Positions 12,052 to 23,611 of a stretch of DNA of 36,726 bases are shown one piece after another. Origin of the DNA: Reclinomonas americana ATCC 50394 (Eukaryota). Position numbers and translations under genes: made by a program. Positions within the stretch are counted from its first letter, which is position 1, and each line of letters begins with the position of its first letter. Location of the stretch: the NCBI GenBank assembly GCA_048213135.1, contig PS015502.1, positions 1 through 36,726 of the forward strand, given 5' to 3'. Under the pieces are notes generated by a model. The model had not been told where the DNA came from. It made no database searches and saw only the letters and a program-made list of their open reading frames with translations.

Positions 12052-15000
12052 TTATCGAGGCGACTGTCTCTCAGCATCGACCGCAGGCTCTGCTGCTGCC
12101 GCTGCTGCTGCTGCTGTTTCGGGCGTCTCCGAGAACCTCACCACCGATCCTTGCCTCCTGCTGTAATCCAAATTCGAAAATGAGCGCATCTGCGTCGGCA
12201 CTCGAATGAGTTGCGGTCGCTCCTCGCCGTCGTTCGGTGCCGCACCATCCGCACTGGCGGAGCTGTGTGCGACATCAGAGATGTGCTGGAGAGCGGCCAA
12301 GTTCGGGCGAGCCACACTCAAGCGTCGATCGGTGGAGACCACGCTGATGCGGCGGTTTGCCGGAGGCATTGCGGACAGCAGCGCTGGGGCGTCTGCTGCT
12401 GGTGCTGCCGCCGTCGCCCCTGTCGCCGACTCTACACCAGCGACAACTGCCGTTGCGACCGAGGTTGCCACGTTGCCGAGAGCGTACTTGCTGTTTGGGG
12501 GGGCGCTGGCGGCAACGAGGCTGGTGCCGGCCATTTTCGGGCAATCGTCGCGGAGCTCGAGTGGGAAGGCGTGTCCCAGCAGCGCTGTCACTTGACTGGA
12601 GACGTGCACGCGACCCGGCTTACTGAGTTCTTCCAGGTGGACGGCATTGTCGATCGCGTCCCCGTACAACTCAAACGTCAAGTTGTCGGTGCCGAGAACG
12701 CAGGTGGTGAGTGGTCCAGTGTGCACGCCGACCCTGATCTGGATGTTGTAGTTGTTGGCCTGCGCGCACACACATGATGGGGTGAGAATCGACACCGGGC
12801 AGAAAGAAGGCGCAGCTACAAGAGTACGTAACTTCGTTGAACTTGTGCAGCTCCGACATGACCTCCACGGCAAAGCCGACCACTGCCTTGACGTGCTTCT
12901 CCGGCTCAATGACCTCCTGCATGCCGCACACGGCGATGTAGGCGTCGCCAATGAGCTTGCACCGAATGAGTCCGTATTTGATGGCCACGCTGTCGAAAAT
13001 GTCAAACATGGCGGAGATGGTGGCGATGAGCGTGTCGGGCGACAGTTGCGAGCTCATGCGCGTAAAGTTGACAATGTCGCTCGCAAACACCGTCACACTT
13101 TCGTGCTCCTCGATGATCGGTTCCTTGGAGCCATTGCACTCCTGGAGAAGTGCACACAAACAGTTTAGTGTTGTTTACAGAGAACCACCGACCACAGAAA
13201 ACGATGCGCAACTCGGTCCATGATTTGCGCAAGCACGTACGGCGGGAAGGAGCAACGCAAAAGGTTGCGACTCGAAAGCCCACTCGCGGCCGCGTCCTCC
13301 AGCTGGCGCATCAGTGCCTCGGCATCCTCCACAAACGCCACAAAGATGCGACGACCGCCAACGCGGCCCTCCCGCACTTTTACGTTGGCGTAAAATCTGT
13401 CACCATTGGCTCTCCTGGCCGGCGTTCCGTAGGTGCCCTTGCCAATAATCTGACTCCTACCCGAGCGCAGGTACTCGGCAATGTAGCGATCGTGTGCCTC
13501 GCGATGTTGGTCGGTGCCAACCAGCTCCTTCACGTTCACGTGTCGCATCGATCCGGTTTCGTAGCCAAACTGCTCCTCGGCAGTTGAATTGGCCTCCTGG
13601 ATGATTCCATGGTCGTCGCACACTATAATACCATGGTCGTAATGCTTGATAATGGTGCTGAGTTCTTCGCCAATGCGCACAATCTCCGCCAACGCCTCTC
13701 GCTGCACGGTAAGATCTGCAGGAAGTATGAGTTCCTCACTTACAACACACAGAAAACAGCCATTGCTTTGGCACAGTCGCGTACCTCGCAAATAGGCAGC
13801 AAAGAATCGCGCTCGACCGTCGTTGCCGTCGACAACCGTCAGCTTCAAGTGGACGAGGCTGCCGTCTTTGCGCAGGCCCTGCACATTGCGGCCATTCTCC
13901 AACACTCCACCGTCTTCGCCTGTCTCCACCAGCCTCTGCAGGTACTCGTCGTGCCTGACCACAGTTTGTAAGCACTCACGAAAGCAGGCTTGTTGTATCG
14001 AGGAAGCCTGCACACTCACCGATCGCAGTGGGGTGCAGGCATCAACATGTTGACCTTTTGGCCCACCTACAAGACGGGAAATGTGCGATCAGCCAAGAGT
14101 GTATCACTCGCGCAAGCATGCATGCATTTGCATACCATCTCCTCTCGGCTGTACAGGAAGATCTTGGAGGCCGTCTCGTTGACATTGGTGATAACTCCGG
14201 TCACATCAATGATAACCAGAGCGTCCTTAGAGCCGTCAAGAATCCTCTGCGTGCGCTGCTCCTCGGCTGCGTAAGGCGAGTGAGTGATGGTGGCAAGTAG
14301 GATGCTCTCCACATGGAACGAAACTGCGTTGTTGTGCTTGTTGTGCCGACCTCTCCGACATGTCGTGCACAAAGGCCCTGTTAGTCAAGACACTGTGATG
14401 TGAGCAATGTGCACGCACACGACGCGGATCGGAGAGAATTGCGACAACGCACGCGAAGAATCGAGCGCTCTTCAGTCGAGCCTCGCTGACACTGACAATC
14501 ACAGGCCGCGTTGAACCATCCTTGCAAGTAAGGTCGCTCTGAATGCTGCGACCCACCAGACGCGAAGCGCCAGTGAGGACGTGATTGGCGATGAGCTGTA
14601 CACGCAAGAGAGTCAGTCGGCTGCAGTGGTCGGTGGTTTGCAGCACATCCGCCCACAAGTCACCTGGTCGTGGCGGTCGCGTACGTGTGCCGGTGTAAGA
14701 ATCTTTACGTTTTGCCCGACGAGCTCTGCGAGGCGAATATGATAAGTATGAAGACATGCAAAACGGAGAGGAGGGCGTGTGTTCGTACCAGTGTCGGAGA
14801 ATCCAGCCAGACGCGACATTGCAATGTTGGTCATTTGAATGATTCCGAGCTCGTTGCACAGCAAGACACCATCGGAAGATGACTGCAACACAGAAAACAG
14901 CTTCTCCTCGGCTTCTTTCATGGAGTCGTTGAGGCGCGCCTCGGAAATCTCTTGGCCTGCGCGCAGGCAACAAAGCTGTGAGCCAGATCAAAAGACTTCG

Positions 15001-18000
15001 GCAAAGGGAAAGAGAGTGTCACGCACCGCGCACAACGAAATCGTGAATAACGGTCACGGAGGTGACGACATCGGGCGCCAAGTGGCTCAACATCTTGCGA
15101 ACTTGTTCCGACTGAAGAAGAGGCGATTGGAAGTATTGAGTACCGTGGACAGGTGAACAGTCAGCAAAGTTTTTCGTATGACGACACCTTGCGATAAAAG
15201 TGGCCGAATGACGGAAGCACCAAGAGGAATGCGACAGCAGCGAGCGCAATCAGCTGTGCGCGGAAGTCTGTGAGCGACAGCTCGCGAGTGCACTCACAAG
15301 CGATACATGACTCACGCCAAGGATGAACAGAGCCTCGACCAACAGCAGGCTGGTGGAGATGGCCGACTCCAACTCCCGTTGGTAGTAGTCCGTGGAGGTG
15401 GCAAAGGAAGCGCCCAGCACGGATGATGCCGTCTCCAGAAACATGGCGTTCGAGTTTGAGATCGTCAATCGCGAAGTGCTACTGAGTGTGGCTGCTGCCG
15501 ACTGAAGAATGCCAAACGCTTGGGTGAGCTGCATTGTATGCGTGGCGGAAGAGAGGCAGTGAGACAAAACTAAAGTGGGGACAACAGAGCGGAACGCCAC
15601 AAACCACAGTGTTTGTCGCAGCGCAAGAAATAAAGTCGGTGATCGCCTGCTTGTCAGAGGTCACCGTACCGGCAGCCGACACTGTATTGGCGCACTGCGT
15701 GGCGTACAGCAGTTCCTGCTGATCCACAGAATTGAACGCACGCCGACTGCTCGGCGTGGAGGAGTCGACGAATCGGAGCGAGTTGTGTGAGGTCGCCATC
15801 TGTGGTGCCGAGCATGAGCAAGTGCAACGACGCCGGCATAAATCGACAAAGTGTACGCAACGGCTTGTAAAGACGACACCCACAGTGTTTGTATCTCACT
15901 GCTGCCGAATAGATTTTCGTTCTCAAACAGACCTATCAACAGCAAATAGAGTGCGTGAGAAGCAGGACGATGACACACACACAACAGCACATGTACTCGC
16001 CAGTGGCCTGAGAAAAGTCCGTAGAAGCCACTTGTGTGCAGCGACGAGCCTCGCAGAACAAGGCCAGCATGTTGTACAAATTCGAGAGGCGCACGCTGGA
16101 CGTGTTCATCTCGAAGGCCAGAGATGTCGAGCGGGTGTGCAGGCTTGACGCGGCCGCCCACCACACGCCAAATGTTCCGCAGAAGATCAGCATGGCAATG
16201 AAAATGGTGAACAGCATCTGGCGTCGCAAGGGAATCCGGTTGGGTGCAGCCTCGGAAGACTGCAACGCCTCCTGCTCCAACGTCGAAACGAAGAACGTTA
16301 GCGTCACGTACAGAGAGCAAAGGGACACATACTTATAAGTTGCGGGTGCTTGCCTCACCTCGTTGTTGCCTGCAACTGTGGAGCTTTCGGCGGCAGCGTC
16401 CGACGAGTACGAAGTCATGCTGCCGTAGGCGCGGAACAGCGCTTTGGCTGCCGTCTTCGGCACCACCAGGAAGAGGCGAAGTGTGAATGCCTGTCGCTTG
16501 CGATGATGCAAGAAGGCCGGAACGAAGACACACAGCCAGAAGAACACTCCGACGCCGAGACAGACTGCGAGCGCCAGAGTGGTGACCTGGTAGTGGTCGG
16601 CGAGGTTGGTTTGCTGAAGTCCTTCAAAGAACGCGTTCAGTGCGTCCATCGCCGGCAGCAGCTGCAGGGGACCGTTGCGCACGACATACATGAACTGAGG
16701 CGACTTGCGCAAGGCATCGCGACTCGTCCACGTTGTCGACGCAATGGACTGCCGGTCGTAGCAAGTTAGAAGTCAGACATCACAAGCACACACATACAGC
16801 AACGCCGCGCACGCTCACACACCTTGGCATCTTCAAACAGATTCAACGCCAAATCCTTGAAGAGCACTGTCATTTGCCTCATTTGCGGTGTTTGCCCATT
16901 CGCAGCCGTGTAATAGACTTCGACGGTACTGCAGCAGAGGACGCAGGTACGCACACATTGGTAAGCACATTTCGTGTGGTTTCATACATACAGATTACCA
17001 GGCGGCACGTAACAGAGAACGCGTCAAAATCGAGTCGAATTGGTTTGTGTCGACGAAAAGCGACTCGAAGTGCGCAGCTGCTTCCTTTGCTTGCGCCAGC
17101 ATGCTGGCCTGTAACGTGGCAATGCGGGCAGAGCTGAAGTCGCCCGCTGTAAGACCCAGCTCTTGAGACAGCAGTGTTGCTTTGTAGGTCAGCATCGCAA
17201 CCGATTCCCTGTGCAACGGAGAATTAATACACTGTGGGAGGTGGAAGTGGGAGAGCGCTCTCTTTGCTTACCTTACGGTCGTCGTCTTGTCCCACCACTG
17301 GAGGTCCGTCATCTCATCTCCTTCATTCACCACGAGGATCGCAAATGTGACGAGCACGGCACTCAGTAGCACCAGCAGCATGCAAAAGACAACAAACAGC
17401 AATCCGCGGTGCGGTCTACCGAGCCAATTAGTACACTTCCAAAGAGCCAGCAAGACGCGCGGTGCATATTCACGACACTCAACTTGCCGGCACTGACTTC
17501 GAGCTCGTCCTCTGGTACCGTCGAGTTGCGTTGCATGTCGGTATCCTTGGTCGCCTTGGGCTTCAGTCGCGAGACCAACTTTCGTCCGCTGGGATTGGCG
17601 CGCACTGCCAACAGCAGAAGCCATGTCAGTGTCACGCTGTGTTATCTCGTGTGAAAACAATACAGACAAACGCACAGCGATTAGACTTTTCCGCAGTGGT
17701 AGCCGTTGTCTCTGTGGCCTCATCTCCGTCGTCTTCGCCGGCAGGTACCGCATGCGGCATTTGCGGCGTCTCTTGAAGCCAGTTCGTAATTCGGTCCAGT
17801 TTCTCTTCGCAAGCAGTGAGCAAAGGGCGATAAAAGCCAAACGATGGACGAAATGAGTGCAAGAATACCTGCATCGATGGTTGCCTCCGCTCCTTCGTCG
17901 CTGACGTCGTCAAATGCGCCACCTAATGGTGACTACAGGTGAGCACTGCGCACCAGACGACAGTTGTAGCACGATAGCATGTCACCTTGGAGCCCCTGCT

Positions 18001-20821
18001 CAAACTGTGGGTAGTACTCTTCGTCGGCTACCACAGCGCTGTGATTCGACCGACTGCTGATCAGGTACCGATCTCCGTGCCCGGTGTGGTCGGCCATGTC
18101 AGCATCGCTCACTGGCACGACTTTGCCAGAGACGGCCGCACCCTTGTGGGTTCGATTGTCACGTGTGTCGGTGGTGCGGGTAGCATGCACTTGCTCTTGT
18201 TGCACTCGTTTCGGATCGGCATGTCGCAGCAGGCGAGCGCGCAAGTCAAACAGGCGGCGCCGGCGAGCATTCGTGTCGGCGGCAGTGCCTCCATGCGCAG
18301 CTCCGCCGCTGGCAGTGGGCCCCACCTTACCGTCGCCATCAGCCGTTATCGCGTACTGATCTCTCGAGTCAACGCGGCCCGACGCGTCCTCTGCGGCGTT
18401 GGCTTGACGCTGCAGCTCGTCAGCCTCGTGTGGCATCCGACGGAAGGTGCGCAAAAACTGCAATGCGCGCATGCACTTGCGTGTGAGAAAGCAGTAGACG
18501 CCCGAGCCTGCCCAACCCGAGCATCGAACCTCTGAATACAACCGAAGAAGGCTGCGGTTGGTCGGGTATTCGACCACAAGGCGCTCGAACAGGCGACTGA
18601 GTTTCGTCTCCACCTCCTCGATGGTATCGATCAGAGGTGGCAGAACTTCCACGTTCACGTCTTCTTGCAGCACGTTTTTCCAGAATTTGCGATGCATATT
18701 TCTGCAGCACCAAGCGGGCACAGATGATTGACGGTGTCAGTGAGGAATGTAGTGCGCCAGCAATAAATGATGTGTACCGACACTTACCGCATGCGTGTCA
18801 TGAGCTGACGGATTTGTGTCATTTGTCGGCGCAGCGTGTCATCCTCTTCGACATCGGCGATCTTCTTGACGACAAGGAAGACAATGAATTGCAGATCTAT
18901 TGGCTGTTGATGCGGTTCGCCGGCCTCTGCTCGGTTGCGCAGAGTGAGTGCGCAGGGTACGAGAGGGAGAGGTGTCGGGTAAATGGAGGCAACGCACCCT
19001 TGATGACCTTGTACACTTGCCGAGAATCGACACCGTGCTGCATCATGAAAATGGCGTGGAACAAACGCAGGTGCTTGCTCTCGGGGAACATGAGAATGCC
19101 TGCGTATGGCGACGGAGAGACACAGTGTGGTGCTGAGTATGGAACATCTCGAAGCCGAGCAGACCAGATGTGCCTCACCATACTCAAATACGGCGTTCGC
19201 CCAGGCGGCGTATGCCGGTCCGAGATATGCCGTGAGAACACAAGGGCGAGTGAGGATCTCGGCCTCGTATGCGCTCTGGAAAATGTCGTCGTCCATTTGG
19301 CCCTGCACACACACACACAAACACGTGCGTGAGCACACAATAGGGTGGACAGAGAGTAAGTACAAATGCATTTTCCCTCCAACACACCGCCTCCAGCAGC
19401 GGCCCACTCGCCACAATCTTGCTGAAAAACCGTGAATGCAAATGCGCCACTCGGCTTGTCACTGTTCGTGCTCCAATAAATAGCGCCAGAGCACCGACTA
19501 CGACGAACACAATGCCGGCAGCAATGGATGTACTCTCGCCACCAATCGATACTGCAGGGCGATCGAGGAAAAAGTCAGCAAGAGCTGTGTCGGTCGTCAA
19601 GGTCAGTAACCGTACAAGTTGAAACAATGCTCACCAATGGCGGCGGCACCGACTGCACTGGCGCTAAGAAGCAGCCAGGCACACCAAAACGTATTGGCCG
19701 ACACCTTGTAGAAGGGCAGTCGATGCGCTGAGTGCCAAATGCACACACAGAGCAGGACTGAGGCAAGCACCGAGGCAAGGGGTGCCACCAGGGTGGAGGT
19801 GAAGTTGGGTACGAAAATGAGCACTGTCTTCAGCAGAGATGCGCCAAAAAAGGCGCGGCCCGCTTGTGGACCGGCGGCGAACCCGTGCGCCATATATCGG
19901 TACTCGACGGCACTACATGCAGGCGTGTATCAGCATCACGAATATGCACGCTGACACGCAATGCGACGCAACAATGCAGAGCTTGCCAAAGCAATAGCGG
20001 TGTACGCCAAGGCGATTATGGTACCGAGTACACCCATGATGAGTGTGGGTAGAGTGGCGCACGCTTCCGTTTCGCCACCACTGTGGCCGAGGCGCACTAT
20101 CGTGGACGACGAGTAGTCGCAGTGCACGGGTGCGATGAGAGCAAGGCACACCGGCACATGCAACACGCTGAAGGTGAGCGGCGCATGCAGCTGGAGATAT
20201 CGTGTTGCCAGTTGTCCTGCGTGGCACGCCTGCATCCACTTCGGAAGAGCAGAGCGCGAGCTGGCCATGGAAATCACCAGCGCAATGACTGTTGGTGCAC
20301 CGTAGAGCGCGGCGACGACGAACGCCACCAAGCCCGAAAGTGCCGAGTGGCTGATCAGTGGGACGAAGGAGGCTGGTATGTAGAGCACTCGCACCACGAT
20401 GCCGGGAATGCCACTCTGTGCCCGAGCGAGACAACAGAGTGAGGTTCGGGAACACAGAGAGAGGGAAAATGGGAGGGTGTTTGGCGGTGGTGACGCACCC
20501 AGGCGAGGTAAGGCTGCAGGGCCAGACCAAGGATCTGGAGACTCATGATGAAGACCAGCAGTTTTTCGACCCACGCGCCTCGGCGATGACCGTGGGTGAG
20601 TCGTGCGCAGCCTTCACCAAAGAGCGGAAACAGCATCTCTTGCATCGTCTGCAAGCGTGACTCATCGGCGCCGGCCACGCCGCTGGTGGCCGTGGAGAGC
20701 GCGGCACTGTGGGCATGGATAGAAAGTGTCATGTTAGAGCTGTGTGACGACAGGAGAGAGGGAGGGATGGCAGAGTGCACCTGCTTGCGCCATCCTTGAC
20801 ACTACTGGCGGCAACAGACAT
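12052..20821 (-). CDS. Paralogous large multi-pass membrane protein (TmcB-like N-terminus) with 3 FixL-like PAS domains and a C1-type class III cyclase domain; about 32 introns
   Basis: Spliced from MSVAASSVKDGASS… (ATG 20821) to …AERQSPR-TAA (12052). Same architecture as the neighbour: TM block, TPR-like segment (AVFEYGILMFPESKHLRLFHAIF; KFWKNVL…LVVEYPTNRSLLRLYSEFL), TM pairs, PAS x3, then cyclase VTVFASDIVNFTRMS, CKLIGDAYIAVCG, IRVGVHTGP. Confidence 0.85.
12530..13141 (-). other. Class III cyclase domain, C1-like half: both metal-binding Asp present, transition-state Asn/Arg lost
   Basis: ASDIVNF (Asp 13076-13078) and IGDAY (Asp 12944-12946) are intact. FELYGDAIDNAVHLEE has D and H where N and R normally sit, and there is no KGKG motif. 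Confidence 0.85.
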
Positions 20822-21312
20822 TTGATTGGATTCCGAGTCGCAGCGGGAGCGAGACGATGTTCACACTGTGTGGCGCCACGCAAAGTCGCCTCTCTCGCCA
20901 CTCACTACCACTTGTGTGTCAACGTCCTCGCACAATTGGAACAGAAAAGTCACACAATGGTTTTCTTTGTCTCGCACAATTGTTCAAAATCAACTGCAAC
21001 GGTCGACGACCGCAGCGTGATGTTTCCTTTTTTGGCGCGGAATGACCGCGAATCCACAAGCATGACCCGTGCGGCGCAAGAGACTACAGTGGCAGCGACG
21101 GAAGGGTAGGGGGTTTACCTTTTTTTTTTTTTTCACTTGGACGCGGTTGACCTCGCATCTTCTTTGCGAGTTGGAATCTGTTCGCGATCGGTTTCTCGAA
21201 TTCCGTGCAAACTGACGCACTGTAAACGCTCTCTTTCGTCGTCACGGTGTAGAGTGTCGCAGACGGCAGGACGATTGGAATGCATCTCGTCGTCGTGTCG
21301 CAGCAATACTCA

Positions 21313-23424
21313 TTAATCGACTTCAATATCAACGTGCAAGTGTAACGTGCCAGTGTCCTCGCACAGCCACACGCGTGGATCGGAGGCGCTGCGGTCAGCC
21401 GGTACAGGGTCAATGTACAGATCGAGACCTGAAGCCACAGGCGCCAATGAAGCATCCCACGCGGCCGCCAACCGGCGAGCACACTCACGAGCCTGCAGCA
21501 ATTTTCTTTGTAAAACAACTAATTGCAACGACTTTCTTCTGTTTCTGTGCGCGTGTGTAAACGAAGCGCACCTGTGACACCGTCACCGTGGGGTCGAAGT
21601 GGACTAGGCGGACGCCGCGCAGCTTGATTCGACACTCGTTGCAGATGGCGACCATGTCCTTGTTCCTTTGTGCGGCGGTCTAACATTGGCGGACAAGTTG
21701 GTGGTGGTGGCAAACGCGCGAGCTCGATCGTAACACGTACCTTTTGCAGGGCGACACCGCGTGCACCCAGCGTGCGTATTCGGTAGCTGACCTCCTCGGC
21801 AGTGCTAGACTCGTTCACGTACAAGAAGCCGTGTACCGGATGCACGGGTGATTCGTGAGCTTCACGGCCCGTCGTGACAACCACGGACAGGAACGACCGA
21901 TCTTCCGACGAGGTGCACTGGTGGATGTTTCGCTTTCCGGTGCGGAACACGTGTGGCACGGCAGTCATCCGATCGAGGAACGCGAGGTAACTGCATGCAT
22001 CAGAGACAGAGTCAGCAAGTCTTGCGCAGCCTCGACGCACGACACGCGCGCAGCAGTCCAACCTGGGCGATGTGGTGTGGTCAAACACCTCGGAGAACAC
22101 GGCGCCCACATCCATGCTGTGCACGGCCAGCTTTTCTTTTTCACGCGCAGACTCGTACACGAGTCGTCTGCACATGCACACACCCACGATGAGTGCGCTC
22201 GAATGGAATCGGGCAAGACTCCCAAGACGCAACAGCCGATGACCGGCCGCCACGTCCACTTGCAAGAGCACTTCATACCACGACTCGCTGGCCTCCTCCG
22301 TGTTAAGAACCACGCGGCCGGTGGCATCCAGCCCGCTTGGTCTCTTCCGAGAGAAACACAGCCGCAGTCCACTCATCGACAACGATCGACCAGCGGCTGT
22401 GCTGCTCTTCGCTTTCAGCTCCGCAATGAGCGTGTGGCTGATTTGCGCCTGCCGTCTCACGTCGCTCTCGTCTTCAAAGTGCACGTTTCGGAACGCCCAC
22501 TCGTGCGTCAGCACGTGCTGCACGCTAATGAGACAACACTGATTGATAGTCACGCAGCGTGAACAAAAGACGTACGCAACTCGGTTCCAGTGAAACGCTC
22601 GATCGGCCTGCAATCGCTCCTCCTGACGCAGCCGAATAAGGTCGACGTGCTGCGCCACAAATCGACGCAGCGTTCCGGCACGACCTAGACTCGGATCATC
22701 ACGCGACAAGCCGAAATCCGAGTCCGACTCGCTCTGCAGCAACATTGACACACGTATACACGCACAGAGAGAGTAACACGCGCGCGTACCAGATCGAGAG
22801 CATCGGTGGGCAGGCCAAACGCCTCAAACACCGACAGCAGATTGCGCTGGAATTTGTTGAGCTTGACGGGCGGTGGATCTGTCGGCGCATGCACATGCCG
22901 CAAGCGAATGGCGACCCGCTGCAGCTCATGTCTGGCGACAGAGAGAGCGAGAAGGACAGAGAGAGAGAGAGAGTGAAGCAGATGAGTTCTCTGCCGCACC
23001 TCGATCGCACTCCACACACATACACACACACACCTCTGTATGTCAGCACTCTTCTTATCCGTCGGCTTCACAAAGAACTCCAGCTCGTGATTGGTGCGAT
23101 CGTCGGGCTCATTCGCCGACACCGACTGCATATACGCCTGCAACTTTGCAAACGACGTCTCATTCGTCTCCTGCACCTCTCCAAAATGAGCGGCAACATC
23201 GCCATACTCACTGCGATACACACAGAAACCTTCTCGTGCGGGAAATGCGCGGAGAACAGGTCGGGGTGAACGCGCATGTAGATCTTGCGCAAGTGTGAGC
23301 GCAGTGAGTGTGACTCGTCGGCTGTCTTTGATGATGTTGTTGTCGTGGATACGCATCGATGTGGCCGCACAGCTCGAGGAAGCGTCGAGTGGAATGCACC
23401 AATGAGCCTTCTCAGGATGATCAT
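21313..23424 (-). CDS. TCAIM: TCAIM-like (T-cell activation inhibitor, mitochondrial; DUF4460/DUF4461) protein, multi-exon
   Basis: Basic/hydroxylated N-terminal presequence (MIILRRLIGAFHSTLPRAVR), then LRKIYMRVHPDLFSAHFPHEK|ETNETSFAKLQAY matching the DUF4460 Y..VHPD.F…NE.S pattern. Last exon ends …LHVDIEVD-TAA at 21313. Confidence 0.75.
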
Positions 23425-23611
23425 TCGAGACAGCGACGACAAAAGCGCAGCGTCCTGTGAAGCTCACATTGTGTGCGATCGTCGTCAATCGTGCGCAGCG
23501 TGTGTGTGCGTGTGTCTCTTTCTCTGTCTTTGTGTGTGTTCTCACCTGTGCGCAGTCTGTGTGTGTGTGTGTGTGTGCCCAGGCATCTATCAAGCAAGAA
23601 AACCAGGCGTC

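Noticed and set aside
2397-20821. Cyclase genes as pseudogenes because catalytic residues are missing
   Set aside because: The spliced frames are intact over about 9 kb each, and the losses are precisely reciprocal rather than random.
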